Shown here piece after piece: positions 1-10,793 of a stretch of 64,000 bases of DNA. A model generated the notes under the pieces. It was not told the origin of the DNA. It worked only from the letters and a program-made list of their open reading frames with translations, and did not search any database. The stretch comes from Camelus ferus. Taxonomy: Eukaryota. Where the stretch lies: contig NC_045701.1 of assembly GCF_009834535.1 (NCBI RefSeq), positions 73,470,001-73,534,000 of the forward strand, written 5' to 3'. Position 1 is the stretch's first letter; every line of letters begins with the position of its first letter. The position numbers and the translations under genes were made by a program.

Positions 1-404
1 GGTGATGTCAGTTAATCAATTATTGAAGCCACTGAGGCAGCACCATTCTCCTTAATCAACATGTGGTCACTGTTCCCTTTCATTCCCAAAATAGCTGAGA
101 GTAAGGCACTAACTTTAATGAGCAGTGCAGGTAACTTTTATGTACCATGAAGGTGTCAAATAATAACATTTACATTCATTAGTTTTGACTGGCTTAGTTG
201 ATGGTGACTCCAGAGGATAACCCAGTGACAGAAGATTTCTGGCCCCAGAAGATACAGGGCAGTGGGGGTTTTGTGGGGGGTTGCCCTATCTGTGTTAATA
301 TTAATACAACAGCACTAATGACAACTTCTTGGTTGTGCCGGGGCAAACGTTTCCCATGTACTTACTCCTCCAGTCTTTGTAACAATCAGGAAGTAGGTAT
401 ATGA

Positions 405-545
405 TATTGTCCATATTTATTTCACTAATGAGATAACTGAAGCTTAGAGTGTTAAGCCTTTTGTTCAGGGTCAGACTCTAGACGTGGGCAGAGCCAGGAT
501 TTGAGCCCAGGCAGGATGGTTCTGGCATCCGTACTCTTAGGCAGT
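405..545 (-). mobile_element. MIR SINE relic
   Basis: Resembles the reverse MIR core: gataactgaagcttagagtgttaag...ggcagagccaggatttgagcccagg. Confidence 0.7.
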
Positions 546-1150
546 ACTCGTGAGTAGAGGTGATCTGCTGAAGAATTCGTAAGTGTCTGGAATATGAGTC
601 ATGTCTCCAGTGATCTCAGGGAACTGACTGTAAATCCATGGAATGAGAAATGAGTATCCCACGCTTCCTTGTCTTGAAGCTGAGGGACCATCTCGCAAGG
701 GTTAACCGAATAATCAGGCAGAATGAGAGATTCATTACATTTGCTGCAAAGGAACACAGATGGACGCTCTTCAAACAGAGATTCACATTGAATTTTAATG
801 GTGCTCTTCTGCAGAACACACTTTTGCAAGACAGATCATAGCATATTCATGCTTCCCTTTAGCTTGCCAAATGTGAGAAGATTAAGAAACCTGCTTGTAC
901 TTTAGACATTCTCACCATATAGATGCATATTTCAAATGTATATGTCTGCAATAAATATTTGTTGAATGAATATGAATGTCTATACACAAACATATATGAA
1001 GCAACATGAACACATACATTTAACTTGACAAATATTTGTTGCATACTTACTGAATATAAACTTGGACTGAAGAGTGGTGGGAATCACAGATTTATCTTCT
1101 GCTCCAAGGAGCTTTTCAAGGGAGGTGAGACATGCTTACCGTTTTTTTGG

Positions 1151-1339
1151 CAGTGGTTCTCAAAGTGTAGTCTCTGGCCAGCAGCAGTGACATCACTGGG
1201 GGGCTTGTCAGAAATGCAACTTTTTTTCACCCCACCAAAGACCTCCTGAATCAGAACACGGTGGATGGGGGTCCAGACGTTTATGCTTCTAGGTGTCCTC
1301 CAGGGGAGTTGGATGCACGTTAACGTGTCAGAACCCCTG
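1151..1339 (+). mobile_element. MER5A-like hAT-Charlie MITE
   Basis: Termini cagtggttctcaaagtg ... agaacccctg. Internal motifs cagcagtgacatcactgggg...agaaatgca and cctgaatcagaa. Confidence 0.8.
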
Positions 1340-3159
1340 GGCTGCAGGGAGGCTTTAATGTGCTAAGGGTAGCTAGCGATTACTTTCGGCTGGTGACATT
1401 TGGAGGGCTTGGGAAAAGAAGGTGGTGTCTGAGCAGAATCGTGGAGGACAAGTAGATTTTGGCTGATAGAAATGGGCAAAAGAGGGAATAATATCAAAGA
1501 GAAGAGCATGAGTCATAATTAGCTTCTTTGGGTCAGAGAGCAGGTTGGTTATGGCTGAAAACCTGGATGGAAGTCGGGTCATGGAAGACTCTGAACGACT
1601 TGCATGAGTTTAGACGTTATTCTGAAAGCAATGGGGATTCATTGATGGATTGAAGGTTCCTAAGTGGTGCCTGAGTGGGGGCCCGACGTGTGATCCCAGT
1701 ACTTTCCTGGTTTTTTTTTTTTTTTTTTAAGTACCCAGTGAATGTAATTCAGCGGATGTACTGAGCTAACAGAAATTCAGTTTTAATTCAATCTTTTTTC
1801 TCCCGTTAAGAACACTTAAACACTAAGAATTATTTCTGCGTCCTGGCTGGAGCCACGACAATCTCAGTTCTTTCTTGACTGCTTCGACATATGCAACTTA
1901 ATTTCAGTAACTCAGCAATGCCCGCGGCGCCTCTGTGTGTGCGCGTGCGCATTAATACGCGTGCTCACACGTGCACTCTTTGCGTATAGGGAGGCACACA
2001 GCTGCTTTTGAATTCAGCTGGGCTTTAGGAAGCTGCATAAAGACAAAGAAAAATGTTGCCGCCTGCTTGTGCTTTCTTTGTTCTTTGGCAATCAGAAGGG
2101 TGACTGTGCTCTGAAGTGGTGCAGGTGGCCTCTTCCCATACTAATTTCAGCATCTCAACCAGCATCACAAGAGAGTTCTCTGGAAGGGAAATAATTCTGT
2201 CCCCATCCGTGATTACTTCCATTTGTCCGGTATTGTGGGCACCTGCTTGGCCACCCACCTTCCTTTTCTTCATTATGCACTTACGTCATCTTTCTCCTTC
2301 CCTGGGTCAATCTGTGTATTTCAGTCCCTCCACACCCTGGATGAGCTCATTCATTCACTGGCTTTCTCCTTGCTGTCCTCACTGTGCCTTCTTTTGTTGG
2401 CATAATTGATCCTCTGCTTCACAGGAGCAGCTGGATGAATTGGTTTATTGCTTTAAAAAAATCTTTCCTCTTCTCTCCTTTATTGCACCAATCGTTAGTC
2501 AGTCTTTGGTTTAGCCAGTTTGCTCTCCCTCTGTTGACTAATCTCTTTGTGTATCCGTCATGCTGGTGGTGAGGGAGTCCACGCTTGGGTCTGCTGCTGA
2601 GCGAGGCAGGTGAGAGCCCACTGACAAATTAGCTGTGATTCACAACGTTCACGTTGGGGAGGGACTGAGTCACCAAGGCCAGAAGTACTGATGATCATGT
2701 ACCTTATCTGCAGAAAGGCCCTCTTATTTTAGTCCCCACTGGGACCATTCCGTCTATCCTTCGCACATTTCTAATGGAATTGCAGGATTTGATGGCAAAA
2801 TTGTTACATCTTTTTGGGCACATCTCACCTAACACTCCAGGATCTTTGCTACACACATTTGTTTTCCTTTTTGAGGTTGTGGATTTACTTAGTCCAGGGC
2901 TTTAAAAGTCCTTTATCCAGTCTAGTTTTAAGTGATCCACATACTAGGCTTCTTTTCTATCCTTTGAGGAGACTTTTAGAATATGGCCAATTGTGTGGCA
3001 CTGCCTACTAATCTCACTGTTAATTACTGTGAAGTCATACAAGGTCTCCAAGGCCATTTGGTGTTCACTAGAGATAATAATAATATCAGCTAAATGTGAT
3101 GATTAATTATTACATCATTTTATAATTCCAATAATTTAAGCAAAGTGTTCTTTAATATA

Positions 3160-3660
3160 TTCAGTTCAACATCTATGAAGGTTCCATGCTGGATGCTCTG
3201 AAGTTAATAAAGGTGAATGGGATGTGATTACTAATTTCTAGGGGTTGAGAGCTGAGNNNNNNNNNNNNNNNNNNNNNNNNNNNNNNNNNNNNNNNNNNNN
3301 NNNNNNNNNNNNNNNNNNNNNNNNNNNNNNNNNNNNNNNNNNNNNNNNNNNNNNNNNNNNNNNNNNNNNNNNNNNNNNNNNNNNNNNNNNNNNNNNNNNN
3401 NNNNNNNNNNNNNNNNNNNNNNNNNNNAAATACACAGAATGGAGGCTATTGATGAGTAGAGAAGACAACAAAGGACATTGCAGCAGAGTGAAGGGTGTGG
3501 GAATGGAAGAATCTACGGCGTGTCTCTGAGTGCTGCAGAGTCCAGAGGGGCCAGTGACTATGAGAGGTGGTAGAGTGCTGTTTGGAAAGGTAGATTGGGG
3601 AAGGAAAGGCAATGCAGGATTTAATTTTGTAAGCAGTGAGGAACCATTCATGATTTTGAG
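3160..3660 (-). mobile_element. L2 LINE relic interrupted by the assembly gap
   Basis: Starts ttcagttcaacatctatgaagg...atgctggatgctctg and ends gcagtgaggaaccattcatgattttgagcag, which resembles the reverse L2 3' region. Confidence 0.5.
3257..3427. other. Assembly gap (171 N)
   Basis: Run of n directly visible in the sequence. Confidence 1.
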
Positions 3661-3884
3661 CAGAGGTTGGCAAACTATGGCCCATGGACCAAATCCAGCC
3701 CACTGTCGTTTTTGTAAATAAAGTTTTATTTGAGCACAGCCATACTCATTCCCTGATATGTTTACTGTCCATGGCACTTTCATGCACCAATGGCAGCACT
3801 GAATACTTGTGACAAGAGACCAGCTAGCTGCAAAGCTGAACACATTTGCCATCTGGCCCGTTAGAGAGATCTTGCTGACCCCTG
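3661..3884 (+). mobile_element. MER58A-like hAT-Charlie MITE
   Basis: Termini cagaggttggcaaactatggccc ... ttgctgacccctg. Characteristic tttgtaaataaagttttatt...cacagcca. Confidence 0.8.
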
Positions 3885-4789
3885 CTTCACTTTCTTATAT
3901 TACAGCATTGTGTTGTGCCAGGATGGGCAGTCCGTGGTCATAATGGACAGTCGTTGAAAACATGGATGCTTCTTAGAGCAGCAGTGTTGTGCTTAGAGGC
4001 TTAAATATTTGAATGAATGAGTAGGTGAATGTATATTTCTGTTAAGGTGTCATGGTAACAGTGGGAGGTTTTGCTTTCTTTTTCTGGACAGAAGACCAGT
4101 GTGAAAGTAGTCAGAGGACCTTGTTCCTTTTGGACCATGTTCTGTTTTTATGGGGAAAGGCATCTGAAAACTTCTGGGTAAGTTTGTCAACAGAAGTGAT
4201 TCACAGAGGATGAGGCTACAGTTATGAGAAAGGCTACTTTGGAGAATTGTTGAATAAAATACCCAGTGAGATGCAGCCTAAGGTGACACTGGGACAGAGA
4301 GACTCTTGCTGGACTTCGGCCATGACAGTTCTCAAACATTCCAGGCAGCCCTACCTCTGCTCACATTAACTTCCCACTTCTCTCTGTCCTCGCCAGCACC
4401 CAGTCCTCAAACACTGCTCATTTCTCACAAATAGTGCACTCAGAACTTCCTTCTATCAATTATTTACCAGTCGTGGATGAGGATGGAGGGAGGAAGACCT
4501 AATTAACCCAGGGTGGTTTAATACGTGCACATTCCTGGTTTGGTTTGGTTTCAGCAGCAGCAGCGTCTTTGGCTCTCAATGGGTGGCATACACTTTATTA
4601 GTTTACACTTAGTGATCTTTTAAAAGTAATTTCTGCCTGGTAAACGCAAAAGTTATGGCCTTTACCTCGCTTAGTGGGCTTTGCCAGTTTTCAATGGTGG
4701 AGACTATGTTCTGCCTTTCTTTGATGCAGCAGTGGGACCAAGGGGTCCCATTTAAGGAGCCTCCCTGATGTGTGAAAGGAGCATCTGTC

Positions 4790-4822
4790 CTTCCTTCCTC
4801 CCTCCCTCCCTCCTTTCCTCCC
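4790..4822. repeat. (TCCC/TTCC)n pyrimidine simple repeat
   Basis: ttccttcctccctccctccctcctttcctccct. Confidence 0.85.
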
Positions 4823-5204
4823 TTTTAATAAGTATAGTACTTTATTAAGTACTTAGAAATTAGACTTCAGAGAGCTCCCAAGCTAATTGGCACCCTTTGT
4901 TCAGAACTGGAGACTCTCAGTTGAGAAAATTCAGAGATGTTTAGGTATCTGTATAAGGGCATTTAAAGATCCACCCTTTATTTTAAACAGGGCCCTTGAA
5001 GAAAGGTTCAAACATGGCCAGACTTCCCCAGGGAGCCTGCAGCTCTGGCGAGGAGAGCCCCCCAGGGCCAGTGACGGTGTGAGTTGTGTTGGCCTTTTAC
5101 TGGATTATATCTTCAAGGGGCAAGAACCAGAAAGGAAAGGTGACAGGAACTACTCACATAAAGCAGAGATGCAGAAACATCTTCAGGTAGCACTGTTGAA
5201 AGCA

Positions 5205-5207
<3 letters not shown>

Positions 5208-5235
<28 letters not shown>
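5208..5235. repeat. (GT)14 microsatellite
   Basis: Perfect GT run counted directly. Confidence 0.95.
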
Positions 5236-8200
5236 AGGGCTGGTATATCGTGCTGTGGGTTACGTTCTGTGGAGTCATAGTTTCTCCCTCAGATCTTGCT
5301 AACAAATGACTTACGCTGCCCTCCTGTCTTCGTAAGCGCATTGTCCTGATTGAATGTAATTGGAATGCTTGGTAATTATATAACAACTTCAGTGCTTTTG
5401 CCTGTTCCTTTATCGTGGAATTTCAGGGGAACGTCTTGGTCTAGTGTCGGTGTCCTCAACGACATTACTGAGGAAAGATGTGAGATAGCTTAGCTATGTT
5501 TGAAAACAATTTTTTAAAATTAGGGTAAGTTCCCCAAACTCTTGGGCTCCCTGCAGGGAGACCTCTGACTTTGTCTGAGAGCACATTCTGTCTGCTCAGC
5601 ATCGTCAGCATCATCAGCATCGTCCCTCTGTAGGGACCCAGAGAAAGGTTGTGAGACCTTTCCCTCTAGGAAATACAATTCAAAAGTAAGACAGGATGAG
5701 GCCGCTTTGGGAGTGCAGGGATAGGAGGGCAGTTACCCCTTTGCAGCAACTTCTTTTACCCTTTGTTTTGGGAAACCAGGAAAGAGAGAGAAGAAACAAA
5801 GAGGGAGCAGAAGAGGGAAGGGAGTGCATGAGGAGGTGCAGGGAATCGAGAAACCCGTCTGATGCCCCTGGTGATGCCCAGCCCCAAATAGAAGAACGGG
5901 CTCCTCCTTCTGCTGGAGGCCGTTTCACCTTGGAAGACTTTACTCACCTGTGTCATATTTATCAGCTGGGAAGCGTGACGTCTGCCACAGGGCACGTGGT
6001 AGAAATTCCCTTGAAGGTGCTGGTTTGCTTGTGTGGGCCTCGGGGGGTCAGAGGTGCCCCGCCAGCCCAGGCCACCTTCTTCTTCTGGGACTTTGCAGTC
6101 TTTTTAGTGTTTGGCACACGGGAGCTGGGAGACTGAAGGGTTATTATGCTTTATGGATGCCCATCATTTTAAGGGAATATTCAGTCTTACAGAATTGATG
6201 CAACACGTTCACATTTATGAGAACAAAGAGGAGATTTTAGCTGATGCAGTACCATTTTGCATCTCATATAAATGGATACTGCTCAGTACAGTCATTTTTG
6301 TGAACCTAAAGTAAAAAACCCTGAGATTTCCCTATAAAAGTACCAATGCTTTACATTGTATTTTGAAAAGGAAATACCTCAAGTTCTTTTCTACCTTGAT
6401 TTAGAACTATGGACCTGTAATCTTTTTTACATTTAAGGAAGGGAAATCATTCCTTCGAACGAGCCAAGGTGGAACTTTTGTCTGTAATTCCCTTCTGTTC
6501 AGACCTGTCTTTTCCTCTCCCTCTTGTCTTTAAGGGGCTATGGGAAACCAACCTAGAAATATTGTTTTCTCAATAATTGTCAGTATCTGTTTTTCACTGT
6601 GACTTCCTCCAACTAAATTGGTGAACTACTTTGTCTCCTTCCTTCTAAAAACAACAATGATAACGGCCATGAACACCTCAGAACACGTGGTCTGTGCCCG
6701 CTTCCATGCTTAGTTCTCTGAGTGGTTTAACATTTCACCTTTGTCATCACAACAACCCCGGGAGTGAGCCCTTTTCGCATCCCCATCATTGCAAATGGGG
6801 AAACTGAGGCTTCCAGCAGGTACTTAGCCCGTGGCTGAGATCTCAGGAGCCAGAACGCCTGGGTTTGAAGCCTGGGGGGCATTTGGCCTCCCAAGACCTC
6901 TGCTTCCTTCTGAGTCCCGTGGGCTCATGGCTTCAGCCCCACCTTCTACTTTGGGTTTCTGTCCTCGTTCTCATTTATGAAGACTTGATCTTCCTTTGAA
7001 GGCAGCGTGTACTTTCATTGCTTTCTTTTCTCTTTTTGATAACTGCCATTATTATGTGTTTGGTGCAGAGTTGGGACCTCTAGATGTGAACTTAAATACT
7101 ACTTTGCCTGGAAATCCTGTGCTCTTTCTTATTCTGCAGGGTATCCGCAAAGCCTGGGGCACAGATGAATCCATGTATGTCTTTATGAACTTTATAACTC
7201 TGTAAACAATAAAGTAGCATCATCTGTGTTTCCATACTCTCTGGATACCCTTTACTTAAAGAAAAATTTCCTGAAACCCATGAGTAGAACTAGCCTGTCT
7301 CCAAGTTTGGACTGGCCTGGGGAGAAGAGAGAAAGGCTGAGTCGCCAAAGGATGAGACCTACTGTTGATGTCGTTAGGATCAGTTACTGCAGCTGCACTA
7401 TTTATTGGTGCCTGTTCTGGCTTCAGTATCTGCTTATTCTTCACAACAACTTTACTGGGTAGGTTTCATAAACCCCATTTTACAGATGCATAAGTCAAAG
7501 GAGATCAGTGACTTGTCCAAGGTCACTGAGGCAGTAGGGGCTGGGTGGGAATTTCCAGACAGGTCAAGTCTGAAGCCCCAGTGCTCTCCCCCTCATATGG
7601 TCATGTTGCCTCCTGCAATTAATATTCTATCCATTCTCTCATCCACCTCCCAGATCCACCTCTAAAAGAATGACTTAAAATATTCTTTTCTATCTACTAA
7701 TGACACTTTTAAAAATAATTTCTTTCTCAATTTGTGGCCCATCGCAAGCTTGGGTGACCCTTCCAGGGGAAGATTTGGATCTGATTTTCTCTATTTACTC
7801 AACTGCCTTTCTCTACAGGTGTCCACCTTTATGGACCCAACCTGGAAGATTTTTTGACCATTTAAATTCCCTTTTATTCTTTCTCTTTTCTGTGCCGTGC
7901 ACCATGACCTTAACATATGTGCTATTCTTTTGTATTTCTATTTAACTATTTTGCATGTTTATATTTTATCATCCCAACTGGACAGTTGGTGGTTTTAAGG
8001 GAGAACCTATGAATTTTCCATTTTCTTTCTCAGGGCTTGATGTGAATAGTTGATGAAATGAAAGCCTAACTGTGGAATCTGGATAAAATGTAATCACTAT
8101 GAAAGTTAATGAAGTGATCTCCACCACATTAACTGCAGCTCATTTTGCTGTTATTTTTGTATTCAATGATAAACAGTTCGTGGTCCCCCATCTCCTTCAG

Positions 8201-8782
8201 CCTCACACTCCAAACTAGAGATGGCACGGGCCCTGGGGAATCTCCTGGCCACCCTTCCCCTCCTTGTTTCAGCTCCAGGTCTCAGGTGTGCAAGATGAGT
8301 GGAAAACATGCTGCTTTCCCCTCCCTCATTTCGAATTGCTTTTAGCCATCCTGACTGTCCTAGGGTGCCTCCTCACCTCCAGTTTATTTCTGGTTTCTCA
8401 TTGATTATTAAAAATCTGAGCTGAGAATTCTCCTTTCTCTAGTTTGTTACTTTATCTCTTTCTTTTCCTTTCCTCATGGAGGTGACACTTGAGTCTGAGC
8501 CAACAATCCATCTTACTAATCAAGGCCTATTTAAAGGATGTCTTGTATGTAAAAAGGCTAGAAATAGAGACTGAGAGTTTGATTCCAGCATGAAAACCAG
8601 GCGTCAGTAATGATCCACCTTGTAGTGTGTTAAATAGACTCTGGCATCAGCTAAATTATTTCTGCAATACTGAAGTATTTTGATCAAAATAGACAAGCAG
8701 ACAAGGGGTTTTGCAAAAGAATTCATTTCCTGATTCTCAGGCGTGCTAGCATTTGAGGTCTTGTGCAGAATCTCACCCTCTG

Positions 8783-8796
8783 GCTCCCTCTAGTGG
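8783..8796 (-). promoter_or_regulatory. Candidate CTCF motif (reverse)
   Basis: Reverse complement CCACTAGAGGGAGC, one mismatch to CCASYAGRKGGCRS. Confidence 0.5.
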
Positions 8797-10318
8797 CTAC
8801 ATATAAACATGCCTGACTTTGTGAGGCCAAGTTATTCCATGGAAAGAATAGTTTCTTGTTTGACATTAAGACCTTATCACCAGTTTTTGTTTTAACTTAC
8901 AATGTGTTTGGTCACTTACGTATGTATTTCTTTTCTGTGTTTATTTAGTTTTGAATTATCTGTGATACAGTGATAAGTTATGGCAGGCATTTTATAGTTA
9001 TTTTAAAATAGAACATTTAAAAATGCCATTTAATGGTTTCTTGGAGGCATTTAAAGTAGCAGGAATAAAGAAGAAGGAGAAGCATAAGAGGGAAGAGGCA
9101 GAGGAGAAGTTCTAGTGCTGAAACAAATCAAAATCAGCACCTAATTCTAAAACGTTCTTTCTTAATCAGAGTACATTGACAGCGACCTCCAAATTCTTTA
9201 ATGGTTTACCGTTGACGGTAGGGTGAAATTTAATACTTTTACCTGATGTGCAAGGCCCTTTACAATCTAATCCTTGCCTACCTGAATTCAGAGTCAACCC
9301 TACAACTGCCCACCTTGAATTTTATGCTCCGAAACACATACCATTACGGTTCTCTGAATATATCAACGTCTCTCACAGCGATGACTGTGTATTCTGTGTG
9401 TGCCCTCTGTCTGGAACAGGTGCTCTGGTTCTTATGCTCCTGGTAACTCATGCACATCCTTCAAATCTCAGGTCACCTGCCTCTCCCTCTGTGAGGTTAG
9501 CCTTGTTTCCCTGGCGAGGCTGAAGCTGATTTCCCTTAATTTCCCATCACACTTTGTAGTCAGCTCTTCTATTGTATTAGCCATTCTCTTTCTCCTCTCT
9601 AGACCTCTGTTCTGAGGACAGAAACCATGAAGTTTCATCCTTCTAGTCCAGCTTTAGCGAGGGAGGGGTTGGGGGAAGGTCGCTAAGAGATACATGTTGA
9701 AAGGCATCTTTCCCATTTCCTGGAATGTTGAGCTACCGTGAAGCGAGCAAAACTTAAAATCTTTTTCAGGTGATGCTGAAAATTCTAACTCACCTAAAAA
9801 TGACTTTTTATTATGATTCTGTCTTTTAGGTTATTACACACTTTAGTCTTTCTTCACTGTTAAAAAAAAATCACTGTTACTGACATCACCAAAGAAATGT
9901 CAGTTCCATGTGACCTTCTGAACCCTGGGAACATGTGACTCATAAGCCTTGAATGAAGTGCTGTTTAAAGAAAGACATGCCTTCTTGCCTTGTCTGTCGT
10001 CCTCGGACCTCTCTGCATGCCCACATAATGGGGAATGACCTCACAAGCAAAGTCCAGGTGATGTCTGCCAGTTCATATAGCACCGTAACAGCTCCTGTTT
10101 ACTATGCGCTCACTCGATGCCAGGCACTTTATCCACATCATCACAACCTATCTTCACCCCCAACAATACGATGTGGGGACAGTTATTATGTATGTTTATT
10201 TGCAGATGAAGCTGTGGCTCAGAGATGATGTGATACATTAAGATTGTTCAAATAGTAAATGGCAGACTGGGACTCAGAATCAGGCACTTTGGTTATAGGG
10301 ACTGTCCTCTCTTTAGGG

Positions 10319-10531
10319 CAGTGGTTCTCAACTAGGGGTGGTTTTGCATCCCACGAGATGTTGGGCAGTGTCTGGAGATGTGTTTGATTGTCATAACTGG
10401 GGGACGGGGTGTTACTGGCACCTAGTGGTAGAGGCCAGGGATGCGGCTGAATATCTCAAACGCACAGGATAGTCATCCACAAAGAATTACCCCGCCTAAC
10501 CTACCAGTAGTGCCCAGGTTGAGAATGTCTG
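10319..10531 (+). mobile_element. MER20 hAT-Charlie MITE, near full length
   Basis: cagtggttctcaactagggg...gtctggagatgtgtttgattgtcataactgggg...ggcacctagtggtagaggccagggatgcggctgaa...ggttgagaatgtctg. Confidence 0.85.
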
Positions 10532-10651
10532 TTTAATGGGAACAAACCAGGCAGGAATTCATGGCAACTGAGTTTATAGGCTAATCAGCCTTGACGTTTG
10601 CTGTTTTTGTCCTGTTGCCTTTTTTAAAGCATTATTTATTTATTTACTTAC

Positions 10652-10793
10652 TTTTTTTTTTTTTATTTTGGGGGAGGATGTAATTAGGTTTATTTATCTA
10701 TTTATTTATTTATTTTAATGAAGGTGCTGGGGATTGAACCCAGGACCTTGTACATGATAAGCACATGCTCTACCACTGAGCTATACCCTCCCC
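10652..10793 (-). mobile_element. tRNA-derived SINE, camelid Vic-1-like
   Basis: Minus strand reads ggggagggtatagctcagtggtagagc (A box)...gtcctgggttcaatcccc (B box), then (aaat)n, aaacctaattacatcctccccc and a poly(A) tail. Confidence 0.8.

Noticed and set aside
3238-3852. Longest ORF in the track (204 aa, minus strand)
   Set aside because: Artefact: it runs through the 171-N gap and across MER58/L2 relics.
3920-3945. REST/NRSE-like site (ACCACGGAC on the minus strand); also a half site near 49583-49603
   Set aside because: Only one half matches in each case; the GCACC or GGACAG core is broken.
5696-6136. 146-aa plus-strand ORF
   Set aside because: No recognisable domain, a low-complexity purine-rich start, and a length compatible with chance in GC-richer intron.
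10722-10793. tRNA gene
   Set aside because: It has A and B boxes but continues into an (aaat)n linker and poly(A) tail, so it is a SINE head.
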